Counted from the first letter of the stretch, positions 1 through 12,344 are shown. The stretch: 64,000 nt of DNA from Eledone cirrhosa (GCA_964016885.1 OZ024740.1:19530001-19594000), one strand, 5' to 3'. A program made the numbers and translations. The notes: generated by a model not told the origin, from the letters alone.

Positions 1-493
1 CATATATATATATATATATATCAACCCTGAAGTATGCTCACCTAGAAAGCTAGCCAGCAATCTGACTGTTATCTTCCGATATGATAAATATTTAAAATTC
101 TCCGACTTTGAAATGAAATGTTAAAAGATCTTTGGCTTGATACAGCTTAACATTAGCGATGATTTAAGAAGGGCTCTTCATCACCACACACACATACACA
201 CACACACACATACACACGCACACACACACACATGAATATTTCCTGTAGGAACACTATCATTTCACTTACATCGCTAATGTAGACTGCCTACTTTTAAGCA
301 TCATTAAATGTATGATATATATATGTGTGTATATATATATGTGTGTGTGTACATACATATACAAAGATATATATATATATATACATACATAAATATATAT
401 AAATATGTATATAATATATTTAGAAACACACAGATACATGCGGACACACACATATACATGAATGCATCCGCACCCAACCGTGAGTTAAGGGTG

Positions 494-562
<69 letters not shown>

Positions 563-650
563 CTGTATATAAAACATATATATGTGTGTGCGTGCATGCA
601 TGTATACATATATTCACGCACATACATACATAGAGACAGACATTCAGGCA

Positions 651-687
<37 letters not shown>

Positions 688-732
688 CACCTGATGAGGG
701 GTATAGTTTTCGAAGCAGAACATTTTGTAGCG
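688..732 (+). ncRNA. Degenerate hammerhead ribozyme motif (Penelope-like pLTR type)
   Basis: CTGATGA (691-697), G/U-rich stem II GGGG..TTTC, GAAG instead of GAAA, stem III CAGAA/TTTTG, GTA triplet; stem I poor. Confidence 0.4.
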
Positions 733-814
733 GAAGACATGCAAAGAGGTAAAAATCACGCATTTTACCTTTATGCTGTGTATCAGCTGGCCCCATTCGT
801 CTACTCTTTCACTC

Positions 815-1036
815 AATAGGCTTACGTCAGCACCGCGAATAGTTAATAGGTTTATGTCAGCACCGCGAATAGTTAATAGGTTTATGTCAGCACCGCGAAT
901 AGTTAATAGTCTTATGTCAGCGCCGCGAATGGTTAATAGTCTTATGCCAGCACCGCGAATAGTTAATAGTCTTATGTCAGCACCGCGAATAGTTAATAGG
1001 CTTATGTCAGCACCGCGAATAGTTAATAGTCTTATG
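815..1036. repeat. 30-bp minisatellite, about 7.4 copies (AATAGKYTTATGTCAGCACCGCGAATAGTT)
   Basis: Visible 30-bp period; translates as repeated MSAPRIVN(R/S)L. Confidence 0.95.
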
Positions 1037-1070
1037 AGAAGTGTGGTGAAAAGGTCTCCTCACCTATCAT

Positions 1071-1126
<56 letters not shown>

Positions 1127-1133
<7 letters not shown>

Positions 1134-1406
1134 AAATAAGTAAGTCAAATATGTAAAATTTGGCTTCGTTTATTATAAATAATAAATTTACTGCTATATA
1201 TATTTCGGTGACAGCTATTATTGGCTGTATTGACAGAGTGAAATACACTTCAACAACATGTGTACCTGTCTTTTCCACACCAATTCGGACTGCCTGAAGA
1301 GATCACAGCCAATAATAGCTGTCACCGAAATATATATAGCAGTAAATTTATTATTTATAATAAACGAAGCCATATTTTACATATTTGACTTACTTATTTT
1401 ATTTTA
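1127..1406. repeat. Inverted repeat, 102-bp arms (1127-1228 / 1305-1406), 76-bp spacer
   Basis: Arms are reverse complements with one mismatch seen. Confidence 0.9.
1289..1343 (+). ncRNA. Type I hammerhead ribozyme with intact core
   Basis: Stem I ACTGC/GCAGT; CTGAAGA; stem II GATCACAGC..GCTGTCACC; GAAA; palindromic stem III TATATA; ATA cleavage triplet ending at 1338. Confidence 0.75.
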
Positions 1407-1502
1407 CATACTCCGGAGTAAACAAACCAACCTGCGTACTTCGTCGAGTGCTCCAATCTGCATACATATACGCAAATATTATATATATATATATATATAT
1501 TG

Positions 1503-2056
1503 ACTGTTTAATAGCTTTGTTATATTTAACCACTCTGTCGTGAGCTTTATTCGATTTGTGATATTTTGCATTTTCGCAATATTACACACAACTGAATTCA
1601 TTCGCCTAATATAGGTGTTGCCTCCCTTGCTGAACGCCACGTGGGGTCAGTTACAGACACATTTATGTGGACTTTCGAACTGAATCCCGTTGACAACGCG
1701 TACTCCTAGTTCAGTTGGGATACCATAAGCCTAACATCCTTTATGTAAGTGGACAGTAAATGACTTATGGAGCCGCAGAAACCCAAATACTGGATTTTAC
1801 CATCTCTCCAGGGGTCCGGGTAAATTTTCAACCATATATATTTTTATATATTTTTATATTTGTATATCTGTTTGACCCGAATTAGGCGGTCGAATTTTCG
1901 CTGTGCGGATGATTAGTTTAACCACTATCTCAGTGTGTTTGGCCTTTAACGTAAGTTGTAAGCTCTAATTCATATGAATTATCGAGCGCTTGCCACACAA
2001 CTCGGAAGTGTTTTTCGTTAATTCCTGAGCTGAAGTTCGATTCTCGGTAATTTTTA
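1503..2056. repeat. Unclassified dispersed repeat, diverged copy of the 581-bp unit at 19526-20471
   Basis: Shares GAGCCGCAGAAACCCAAATACTGGATTTTACCA..CCAGGGGTCCGGGTAAATTTTCAA and flanking similarity. Confidence 0.8.
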
Positions 2057-2153
2057 CTTATATATATATATATAACGAAGGAAGTGTGGTAAGGAACCAG
2101 GTGGACCATAACGCACCAGAGTACTCGATACGTTGGGTAGTAGAGTGGGTAAT

Positions 2154-2270
2154 AGGAAAAGGGTCAGGACCCCGACGGCAGAGCGCAAGCCGTTTCGACG
2201 GCTATTTATGGACCACAAATAGCCGTCGAAACGGCTTGCGCTCTGCCGTCGGGGTCCTGACCCTTTTCCT
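2154..2270. repeat. Perfect hairpin (54-bp arms, 9-nt loop) made of two back-to-back hammerhead 3' halves
   Basis: 2154-2207 is the reverse complement of 2217-2270; each arm reads stem II strand + GAAACGGC-loop-GCCGTC + GGGG. Confidence 0.9.
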
Positions 2271-2391
2271 CTATATATATGTGTGTGTGTGTATTCAATA
2301 AGTAATCTGAACTGTAAACTGAAATAACAAAGCAAACGACACAGTACAGGGAAGAAATACATTAGCATTACACTTGATATAGTAATAAAAG

Positions 2392-2430
2392 AATCTTAAT
2401 GTTTCGGACGCTAGTCCTTCATCAGAAATT
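2392..2430 (-). ncRNA. Minimal hammerhead ribozyme of a Penelope-like element
   Basis: Minus strand AATTT-CTGATGA-A-GGAC TAGC GTCC-GAAACATTA-AGATT: perfect stem II, 5-bp stem I, one mismatch in the stem III palindrome. Confidence 0.7.
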
Positions 2431-2570
2431 AGAATGAGAAATTAAAGAAGAAATAGAGTGATAGAAGAGTGTGAGCAGTGGTAGAAACGAATTTCGTGGG
2501 GGGAAAGCAGTTCGAAGATGAAACTGAAAGTTGAGAAACTATTTTCAGTGATGTCTAATAGAAAATCTCT
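2430..2570 (-). mobile_element. Degenerate Penelope-like element 3' end (possible GIY-YIG C-terminus remnant)
   Basis: FIFELLSPHEIRF resembles the PLE C-terminal LIFxLxTLxPxGxN motif and lies directly upstream of a hammerhead. Confidence 0.35.
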
Positions 2571-3205
2571 GCATTTGTGGGGGTGGGGATATCTGTGTGT
2601 GGTGTCTGTGTATTGTGTCTGTGTGTGTGTGAAAGGTATGAGCGACGATGACCTGGGATCAATTATGGGTGTCAACGAGGGCCGTTTGAGCAGACTCTTC
2701 TGGAGTACTTTCAGGTTGGAAATTATTAACTACTTCCCAAGATTCTTGGCTTGTAGCCTTTGTCAGACAGCTGTTAGGGCTTGTCATCTGAAAGGTTTTA
2801 GTGCAGAAATCTTCCTCTCCGCCCAAGCCCTCACCAACTTCTTCAAGTACCAAGTATAAAGAGGAAAGTGAGGGTCGAGGGGGAGGTAATACCTTTTAGT
2901 ATGTTTTATGAAATATGGATGAGAATGGTTAATGAGTCTACTCTGTCTAAGCGTTTTTTTCAATCTGAGGGATTGAAACCGGGGAAGGGTAATTGCGATG
3001 CCCTTGTGACGACAGAGTAATTCATGATTTTGTGAGGGATTTTCCCTGGGGTTACTTTAACGTGGACTCCCCTCCTATTGTGAACTCTTCTTATTTAACA
3101 TTTGTTATTGTTATCATTACTATTTGTTATTGTTATCATTACTATTTATTACATTATTATTATTGTTATATATACTAGTTCCCTTTCTTCGTATCACCTT
3201 ATATT

Positions 3206-3503
3206 CAGTGACGAATTTAATGGGGGCAAAGGGGGCAATTACCCCAGGCCCCTTGCAGTGGATGGGGAAGCACTAGTGATGGCCGTAGCAGTTTATTTGT
3301 GCCCTCAGCTGGGCTTTATAGTTTTAGGATGGCTAGAACTTTTTAATCTAATACCTGTATGTATAACTTTTCAATTCCACTTGCGCCAAGCTAACTTTGA
3401 TATGTAAAATTAGGGGTGGGGTGTTGTGTATTCTAATTTGTTATGTATGAGGGGCCTCCCAATCTTGAAGTACTCCGGGCCCCATTGTTTAAATCCAGCC
3501 CTG
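3206..3503. mobile_element. Non-autonomous hAT-type MITE
   Basis: Imperfect TIRs CAGTGACGAATTTA / TAAATCCAGCCCTG; 8-bp TSD CTTATATT / CTTGTATT; partial second copy at about 9836-10127. Confidence 0.7.
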
Positions 3504-3511
3504 CTTGTATT

Positions 3512-4580
3512 TACTCAATATAAATCCCAATCTCTGCCGTGTAGTTTGATTTATTCATCCTTGTACTGTCCCTAATGTCATGGGTCCTAGTGGCCAATAA
3601 AAGAAAATATTATTATGCGCAAGCATGCGCTGGGTCTACGACATCTCCAGCTTTTCCTTAACGGTGGTCGCCGTTCGCTAGACGCGTTTTTCTTCAGCTC
3701 GTCTCTTTAGCGGAGCTGCAGTCCTTGGTCAAGCGAAGACCGAGAGGGGGCGCTTCGTGACTGGAATGTCTTCAAGCGCTCACAGCCCTCAGTCAATCGG
3801 GCAGTACGATCGATGAAAACTCCATCTTGGCGTTCTTTAGAGGGTTACTGGCGGGAAAAAACAACGACGTTCTTGGAGAGACTCGAGGCGTTGACGAAAA
3901 TCAACAAGCATCTTTTCCAGAGGACTTTAGGTCCAAGGTCCATGGATAATTTCCAGAAATCATTTGCCTGGCAGTGTTGCCTAGGAGCTTTGCCAGATAG
4001 AAATAAACTCGAAAGACATGGAAGTGCAGTCAACTGGATGCATGCGGTGAGATGAAACCGTCCCATACGCACTCATAAAATCTGAGTATCGCTTGCCTTG
4101 AGTTTATGTAAACACGTGTTGTCACGTGTAAGACAGTGGTGGTCGTGTTTGAAAGGGCTTGGGACAAGCACTTTCCTCTTCGGTGGGGCCCTGATTAACT
4201 TTTTCAGGTTCATTTAAAGAGGAAAATCAGAGTGGAGAGGGAAGTGCTGCCATCCAAGCAGTTTGTTGAAAGTTGGGTGAATGTGGCGAGCATGGTCAGA
4301 GTGAATGGGCCTACCTTGAGTATGTGCTTCTAGATTGGAGGAGGAAAACTGGGATAGGGCACTTGCTCTAGCGGTCAGGGTAACCGTGGCTTTTGTGTGA
4401 TTTCTCCACATGTAACCCCTGAAATCTCCCCACATTGGGGGAATTAGTTATGTTTGATTTGTTTTAAATGTTTATTTTCTTAGACCCTGTTATAAATTAT
4501 ATTTCACACAAAACCCCTAAACAGGTCATTAATGTCTTCTTAATGTGATCCCTGTGGGGCTAATGAAGAAATCATTATTA
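3512..4580 (+). mobile_element. Tx1/L1-clade LINE fragments: 3' tail of one copy (to about 3616) followed by a 5'-truncated degenerate copy
   Basis: RKHALGLRHLQ and FQRTLGPRSMDNFQKSFAWQCCLGALPDRNKLERHG match the 46843-49104 ORF2 C-terminus; both pieces end in a similar CCCTAGTGG/CCCTGTGG..AAGAAA(ATT)n tail. Confidence 0.85.
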
Positions 4581-4587
4581 TTATTAT

Positions 4588-5222
4588 AAGGACGATGGAT
4601 TGGCAGAATCGGTAGAGCGACTGAAACCAAGCTTTGCAACATAGAGTTACGGGCCTTCCCGTTCTGTGTTCAAATCCCGCCGAGGTTAACTTTGCCTTTC
4701 ATCCTTACGAGGTCGATAAAATAAAGTACCAGTAACACACTGGAATCGATTTAATCTACTATCCCCTCCCGCAAAGTTGTTGGCCTACTGCCTAAATAAG
4801 AAATCATCATCATTATTATTATACGGTGGATTGGCAGTATCGGTAGAGGGTCGGACGCCATGCTTTACAGCATAGAGTTACGCCCCTTTATGATCTAAGT
4901 TCAAATCCCGCCGAGGTTAACTTTGCCTTTCATCCTTACGGGGTCGATAATATAAAGCACCAGTAATGTACTGGGGTCGATTTAATCGACTTCCCCCTGC
5001 CCCCAAATTACTGGCCGTGTGCCTATATAAGAAAGCATTATTATTATTTGCAGACTTGGTAGAGGATTGGACATGCTTTCCAGCATAGTTACGTCCCTTT
5101 ACGATCTGAGTTCAAATCCCGCCGAGGTTAACTTTGCCTTTCATCCTTACGAGGTCGATAAAATAAAGTACCAGTAATGCACTGGGTAATTGCTGGCCTT
5201 GTGCCGAAAGTAGAAACAATTA
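4588..5222 (+). mobile_element. Three tandem tRNA-derived SINE copies (Meta-domain-like octopus family)
   Basis: Each has GTTCAAATCCCGCCGAGGTTAACTTTGCCTTTCATCCTTACGRGGTCGATAA..AGTACCAGT; separated by (ATT)n tails. Confidence 0.9.
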
Positions 5223-5354
5223 TTATTCACATAGGTTTATCAATGATCGCGGGCAGACGATAAGTTGTATATGAAGAGGTGATAATTACTTTACAATATG
5301 TCCTTATCAGGTAAGGGGGAACAATCTGCTACATGTGCTGAGTTAAATACAGGC

Positions 5355-5517
5355 AAACTACTACAACGACTACAGTTACTAGAACAACAACAACTACCAC
5401 CACCACCACTACTACTTCTACTCCTACTACTACTACTACTAGTATCAGTAGTAGTAGTGGTGGTGGTGGTGGTAGTAGTAGTTCTACTACTACTAGTAGT
5501 AGTACTAGTAGTAGTAG

Positions 5518-5555
<38 letters not shown>

Positions 5556-6016
5556 GTAGCAGTAGTAGTAGTGGTGGTAGTGGTGGTAGTAGTAGTACTA
5601 CCACTACTACTACTACTACCACTGCTACTGCTACTACTACCACTACTACCACTACCACTGCTACTGCTACTACTACCACTACTACCACTACCACTACTAC
5701 TACTACTACTGCCACTACTACCACTACTACTACTACTACTACTACCACCACTACTACTACAACCACCACTACTACTACTACCACCACCACAACCACCACC
5801 ATTACTACCACCACTGCCACTACTACCATTACTACTACTACCATTACTACTACCACCACCACTAACACCACTACTACTACCACCACTACTACTACCACCA
5901 CCACTACTACCAACACTACTACCACTACTACTACCACTACCACTACTACTACCACCACCACTACCACCACTACTCCTACCACCACTACTACCACTACTAT
6001 TACTACTACTACTACT

Positions 6017-6051
<35 letters not shown>

Positions 6052-6228
6052 CACTACCACAACCACTACTACTACTGCCACAGTGTGATGATAATCTGAA
6101 GCAATTATAACATGATTAATATCAAGATAAAGAACAGATGAAATAACAATAGAGTTAAGGAGGGGCAGGAGAAGAAGAAGAAGAAGAAGAAGAAGAAGAA
6201 GAAGAAGAAGAAGAAGAAGAAGAACAAG

Positions 6229-6273
<45 letters not shown>

Positions 6274-6519
6274 AACGACCACAACAACAACAACAACAAC
6301 AACAGCAACAGCAGCAACAACAAAAACAACAACAGCAACAAAAACAACAACAACCACAACAAAAACAGCAACCACAGCAACCACAACAACAAAAACAACA
6401 ACAACCAAAACAAAAACAACAACAACAACAACCACAACAACCACAACAACAACAACCACAACAACAACAACCACAACAACAACAAACCACAACAACAACA
6501 AACCACAACAACCACAACC

Positions 6520-6580
<61 letters not shown>

Positions 6581-6640
6581 CCACAACAACAACAACATAT
6601 ATTACTATTATTAATACTACTACAACAACTACTGCTAATA
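5355..6640. repeat. Compound trinucleotide region (ACT/ACC)n with inverted (AGT/GGT)n patches, then (GAA)n and (AAC)n
   Basis: Direct reading. Confidence 0.95.
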
Positions 6641-6902
6641 CGGCAAAGTGGGATCAATTCCCGCAGGTATTTCTGTTCACTTTTTCTGTCCCCAGTGGGT
6701 ACTTTACTCGACATATTGAACTATTATTTATAGTTATTTGCTTTTTGGCGACTTTTTAAAAAAAGCCAACTTATTTTCAAACACTTACTTTACGTTTTGT
6801 GATTATCTTCATCTTTTCACTTCTTTTCGTCTCTGCTTGCTATCTTCTTTTCCCTCGTTCTCTTTGTTTTGTCTTCAATATATACATATATATATATATA
6901 CA

Positions 6903-6979
<77 letters not shown>

Positions 6980-7062
6980 GGAGGTGAGTTTTATTGTAGT
7001 ACAATAAAGCAATGCAGATATCGGATAAGAAGCACTCTACAGTTTGTAGGACTGAAGTATAC

Positions 7063-7263
7063 ATAATATATAAGATCAAAAGATGGTTAAAAGAGTTCCA
7101 TGTATTTTATTATGCGCATTTCAAAAACAAATATCATCATGCAATAACATTTGTGTTTTCATTATTTTATCTGATGAAAACACAAATGTTATTGCATGAT
7201 GATATTTGTTTTTGAAATGCGCATAATAAAATACATGGAACTCTTTTAACCATCTTTTGATCT

Positions 7264-7273
<10 letters not shown>
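7063..7273. repeat. Perfect hairpin, 100-bp arms (7063-7162 / 7174-7273), 11-nt loop
   Basis: Arms are exact reverse complements; loop/junction TATTTTATCTGATGAA equals the 5' part of the hammerhead at 7609-7624. Confidence 0.92.
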
Positions 7274-7337
<64 letters not shown>

Positions 7338-7610
7338 GTTTGTATATGTATAATAAAGCCAAAACAATGCAGGTATGGACAAAATAAAGAATGCAAATGC
7401 AAAAGATATTGTTGACAATTAGTCTTTTACCTTAGATTTATTTAAATGTCCATAATTTTCGAGATAATATCTCTTCTTCAGAGCGAAGTAAAGTTGTCAA
7501 CCGGTGTTCTAAATTGCTTGCCAAGTCATGCTGACATTTCCTGTCAGTATTGGCAGTACTGGAATTGTATAATCAAGACCGTAGCGGTATGTCATATATC
7601 AAATCATATA

Positions 7611-7677
7611 TTTTATCTGATGAAGACGTACCGAAAAAAAACAAAAACACAGTACCTTTGAAATATATATAATAAAG
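7611..7677 (+). ncRNA. Type I hammerhead ribozyme with intact core
   Basis: Stem I TTTTAT/ATAAAG; CTGATGA (7617-7623); stem II AGACGTACCG..CAGTACCTTT with A-rich loop; GAAA (7660-7663); palindromic TATATA stem III; ATA triplet ending at 7671. Confidence 0.7.
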
Positions 7678-7785
7678 GATATATTTTGATTATGTGAATA
7701 TCTTTCATTTGTTTATATTTTGAATAATATTAAAAACTCCAGGAAAACTTTTGTTGTTGAGTGCTTTTAATCTATTGTAAAATAA

Positions 7786-7878
<93 letters not shown>

Positions 7879-8069
7879 TATTGGTGCTTTGAAATAGCGA
7901 TGTATATATGAATGTATGTATAGTATATTTGGCAATATATTGTATGTTTAATTAAAAACATTTAGAAGACCATTCGCTATGAGTTTTAAAGTACTGACTA
8001 AGTCACTTACTTAATCTCGGCAAATGTAACAACATTTTTAATTAAATATACTATATATGCATTCATGTG

Positions 8070-8250
8070 TCCAGAAATAGCCGTCGAAACGGCTTGAGCT
8101 ATGCCGTCGGGGTCATACATTTTCCTATATATATATACATATATATATGTTTACTACGGACTTTTATTTTATTTCTGTATCTATCCTTTGTGATCCTGTC
8201 TCTATTTTTGTACTCCAGAAGAAGGGCTAAAGCCCGACACGTCGAACTTT
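8070..8250 (+). mobile_element. Penelope-like pLTR remnants with a hammerhead 3' half (8075-8115) and a mutated hammerhead (8211-8250)
   Basis: AAATAGCCGTCGAAACGGC..GCCGTCGGGG matches 2217-2256; CAGAAGA-A-GGGC TAAA GCCC-GACACGTC differs from the consensus core at two positions. Confidence 0.6.
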
Positions 8251-8339
8251 AGTCCCCCTTTTCCTTATAAAGCATGAAACTAATAAGACTTTTTGTATCT
8301 GTTTTGTCGTTTCCTTGAACTATATATATATATATATAG

Positions 8340-8401
<62 letters not shown>

Positions 8402-9639
8402 ACCACAAATATTTTCTTCCACCTCATTTATATAAAAAGGAATGTTGGGTGTTAGTAAATTACTTAGCTAATTAATACTAAGTATTAATTAACACTGAGT
8501 ATTAATTAATACTTTATTGATAGAGTAAGGAGCCATAAACGAAATATTCAGCGGTTTATATCCAGCATGACGTTAAATACCAACAAGAGAGTAACCTGAT
8601 CCTACCTTTGTGTGAAGACCCGAGCAGCTGGGGAGAGGTGTTATGTCAAGGAGAGAAGGGCACTCTGGCCGCTTACCGTTTTCAGGACTCTGAGACAAGA
8701 TGGCAGAAAGAGAGGCAGACACCTTCTAACTGGACACCTGTGACAGAATGGACTCCGCTAATGGTACCCAAGAGCTAAGAGGTGATGTTAAAGCGAGTGA
8801 TGGGTTAAGTCCACAATCGTAGCAGACCACAGCGGGATTTGAACTTAGAACATAAAAAGCCGAAATAAATACCGCAAGGCATCCTTTCTAATATTCTAAC
8901 AAAGTGGAAGAGTATACTGCAGTCCCTGTGGTCCCATACTATTTGTTGTTGTTGTTGTTCTTCTTCTTCTTCTTCTTCTTCTTCTTCTTCTTCTTCTTCT
9001 TCTTCTTCTTCTTCTTCTTCTTCTTCTTCTTGTAATCACAATGTCTGACAAATTATACACGTGTATTTGAATTAAAATATAGGCAGAAGTTTTAATCATC
9101 AACATACAGAAGCCGCAAATAAACGATAGAACAGAACTACATGGAACAGAGTGACTCTATGAATGTTCCACGCATGGGCTATCCACACACTCCACACACT
9201 CGGACCAGATAAGGAAGATCACATCGTTTTAGTTTTGTTGTTTTTTTTCGTTTTTGTTTTAAAGAGGGGCAGAACCCCGAAATATCATGTTGAAATATAC
9301 TGGGCAAAAAACAACATTAGATTGTTTGTTTTGTCACCCTTTGTTTTTTATGTATTTCTGCCGCACTGTACCGGCTTTCTGAAGTTCTCATCAATAGACA
9401 GAGCAGTTAAAGGTGGATTAATTATCTACACTACTCCACACACACACACACAGCCACCCCACCCTCAGGACACTAACTACTGAATGTATGTATGGATTCA
9501 TACTTCTTGATGGGGTCGTAGAGGCGCCGTCGTGAGATACGGTGTGTATTGGACATGGTGAAGCTAACTCACATCCAAATCTGAATACAACTGATTTTTC
9601 CAGAGAAGGAAAGAGGGTGATAGAGTGAAGAAGTGATAA

Positions 9640-9830
9640 TAATTGTTTCCACTTTTGGCACAAGGCCAGCAATTATCTCAGTACATTACTGGTACTTTAT
9701 TTTATCGACCCCCCGTAAGGATGAAAGGCAAAGTTAACCTCAGCGGGATTTGAACTCAGTTCGTTAAGGGGCGTAACTATGCTGGAAAGCATGGCGTCGA
9801 ACCCTCTACCGATACTGCCAATCCACCACC
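9640..9830 (-). mobile_element. tRNA-derived SINE (short subfamily)
   Basis: Reverse complement of the 5050-5222 SINE. Confidence 0.9.
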
Positions 9831-9992
9831 AATACATTTATTTGTACCCTCAGCTGGGCTTTTTAGTTTTAGGATGGTTAGAATTGTTTTAATTTAATAC
9901 CTGTATGTATAACTTTTCAATTCCAATTACTTACACCAAGGTGACTTTGATATGTAAAATTGGGGGGTTTTCTGTGTATTCTAATGTTTTGT

Positions 9993-10071
<79 letters not shown>

Positions 10072-10588
10072 AGGGGTCTCCCAAACTTGAAATGCCCCGA
10101 ACCTCCCAAGGTCTAAACCCTACCCTGCTATTTGAGTGTAATAGAAATGACGCTAACGTAACTGATTGCCTTCTTCAGCTGAAGTGATCAGAGATTTCGT
10201 ACTTGACAGTGAGTGATGGGGGGTAAGGACTGAAGATAATAAGAAATTTGTGAGAGGATTTTTGTTGTCTTGTGGTGAGTTGGGGGGAAAGAGAACAGCG
10301 CAAATAGAAGTTCTAGTAACAGAAATATTTGGGTTGGGGAGTGGTGGATGGAAGGATTTACTGACATTACATCTATGTATGTATGTGTTTGTTTGTATGT
10401 ATATGTGTGTGTATGTATGTATATGTGTATGCATGTGTATATGTATGTATGCATGTATGTATATATGTATGTATGCATGCATGTATATATATATATGTAT
10501 ATATGTAAGTATGTATGTAAATGTGTTATTCCACAGACACACCCTATCAATCCAGTAGCGATGTTTGTCTGCCATGCTTGCTCTAGAC

Positions 10589-10917
10589 CAGAAGTTCTCA
10601 AAGTGGGCGCTACCGACACCTTCCCCGGGGGTGAGAAGGTACAGGGGGTGCAGGGGGCCTAAGGGGGCGGTGCTGGTGGTACAGATGATATAATAGTATA
10701 TCAAATATCAAATGATACATATTATATATAAATATAATAAAATAAAAAATATATATTTATTTATACATAGTATATATTATATTATTTATTATATATATTA
10801 AAGATTTTATTTCTTATATATCATTTACAATTTGTATGTAGACAGGTCTCTCTGGAAATAGAGGCTGAGGGTATTATGTGCCCTTGACGGGTGACCCCAA
10901 AAGTTTGAGAACCTCTG
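10589..10917. mobile_element. Non-autonomous hAT (Charlie-like) MITE
   Basis: TIRs CAGAAGTTCTCAAAGT / AGTTTGAGAACCTCTG; 8-bp TSD CTCTAGAC / TTATAGAC. Confidence 0.75.
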
Positions 10918-11159
10918 TTATAGACCCTGTAAATCATCGACTTGTCTAAAGAGCAGATGTATGGCAGTGAACAGAATTGGACTGAACAATGAACTGCAAT
11001 GCTAAACATCAGACAAGATAAAGCAATCATATATGTATGTGTGTATGTATATATGTATGTATGTATGAAAGTATTAATGTATGTATGTATATATGTATGT
11101 ATGTAAGAATATATATGTATGTATTCATGTATGTATTCATGTATGTATTCATGTATGTA

Positions 11160-12215
11160 TGTTCTTCTGGTTTTATAATTTCACAAAGTTTTCCCAATAA
11201 AGAGAGAGTCGGTTTCTAACATAGACACAAGACCCTCTCATTGGAATTTACACAACATCAACTAGATAGATTATGTATGTATGCATGTATAGATTTGGAT
11301 GTTATTGTATGTGTGGATGTGGATGTTTTGAGTTGTATGTGTGCATGTGTATATGCTTTGCATCTGTACATGTGTATATGCAGTTATTAGATGCAAAATT
11401 TTTGGAATGTTTTACATATTTTTACTGTTCCATTAATGGATTGTACTTGTAATTTCCTAACTAGTTGTGTTCTTTCTGTTCCTGTGAAGCGTAGCTTCTC
11501 AAGATTTGTATTGAGGCAGTTACTAACATACCCCAGTACCCCAATAATCACAGGCATAAATCTGAAGGTGTAATCAGGGTGGAGTATCTGCAGATTTCTC
11601 ATCAGTTCTGCATAAATATTCACCTTTTCACTAATCTTTGCTATTATATTGGCATCTGCTGGGCAGCTAATTTCCACTACTGTGCATGCTTTCTTCTCCC
11701 TGCCCCATATCATAATATCTGGTCTGTTATGCCTGCATTTTATTGGGGATTTTACTGGAACATTCCACCAGTACTCTTTCTTATTATGTACATGGATGTC
11801 TTCCACATTGCTGTAGCTTTTAATGTGTTTATTATCGGGGCTATCTTTTTTACGAACTGCATTGTACAGTGTTTTGGCCACTACATCATGCCTCATAGGT
11901 AGATAGTACCGCGATGACATATTTGGACAGCTGCTGATGACATGGGTGATATCCTCGATGTTAGTTCTGCAGAGTCTGCACTTGTTATCACATCTAGGTG
12001 TTTTACCTGCATCCCTATCTCTTTTGTGAATCAGGTGTTTCGTGCTAATCTCCTGTTCCTGGATTTCAAAAGCGTATCCTTCAAAGTGGGAACCAATATA
12101 GCGGTTTTTGGTCCAAGATAGACTACTTTCCTTATCTATATTACTCTCACTCTGGAGCTTCCTGGCAACATATCCATGCATGATTTTTTGCTGATAGGCA
12201 TGCAGTTTTTCATCC

Positions 12216-12217
<2 letters not shown>
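11160..12217 (-). mobile_element. 5'-truncated R4/Dong-clade non-LTR retrotransposon (CCHC knuckle + restriction-like endonuclease; ORF 11387-12217)
   Basis: CRLC-x8-H-x4-C knuckle (CRLCRTNIEDITHVISSC), RHD, RPD..EISCP..K..Y RLE motifs, QEQEI motif; (GTAT)n on both sides. Confidence 0.88.
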
Positions 12218-12246
<29 letters not shown>

Positions 12247-12344
12247 TGTATGTATGTATGTATGTATGTATGTATGTATGTATGTATGTATGTATGTATG
12301 CCTCAGCCGGATGGCTGGAACAGGTAAAAGAATAAAAGAATAAA

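Noticed and set aside
266-816. [12 protein letters not shown] ORFs here and throughout the window
   Set aside because: Dinucleotide microsatellite translations
5298-6110. 270-aa Leu/Pro-rich ORF
   Set aside because: Trinucleotide repeat with no domain or exon context
7470-7560. Short minus-strand frame TANTDRKCQHDLASNLEHRLTTLLRSEEEILSRKLWTFK
   Set aside because: No recognisable homology and it lies among PLE-type repeats
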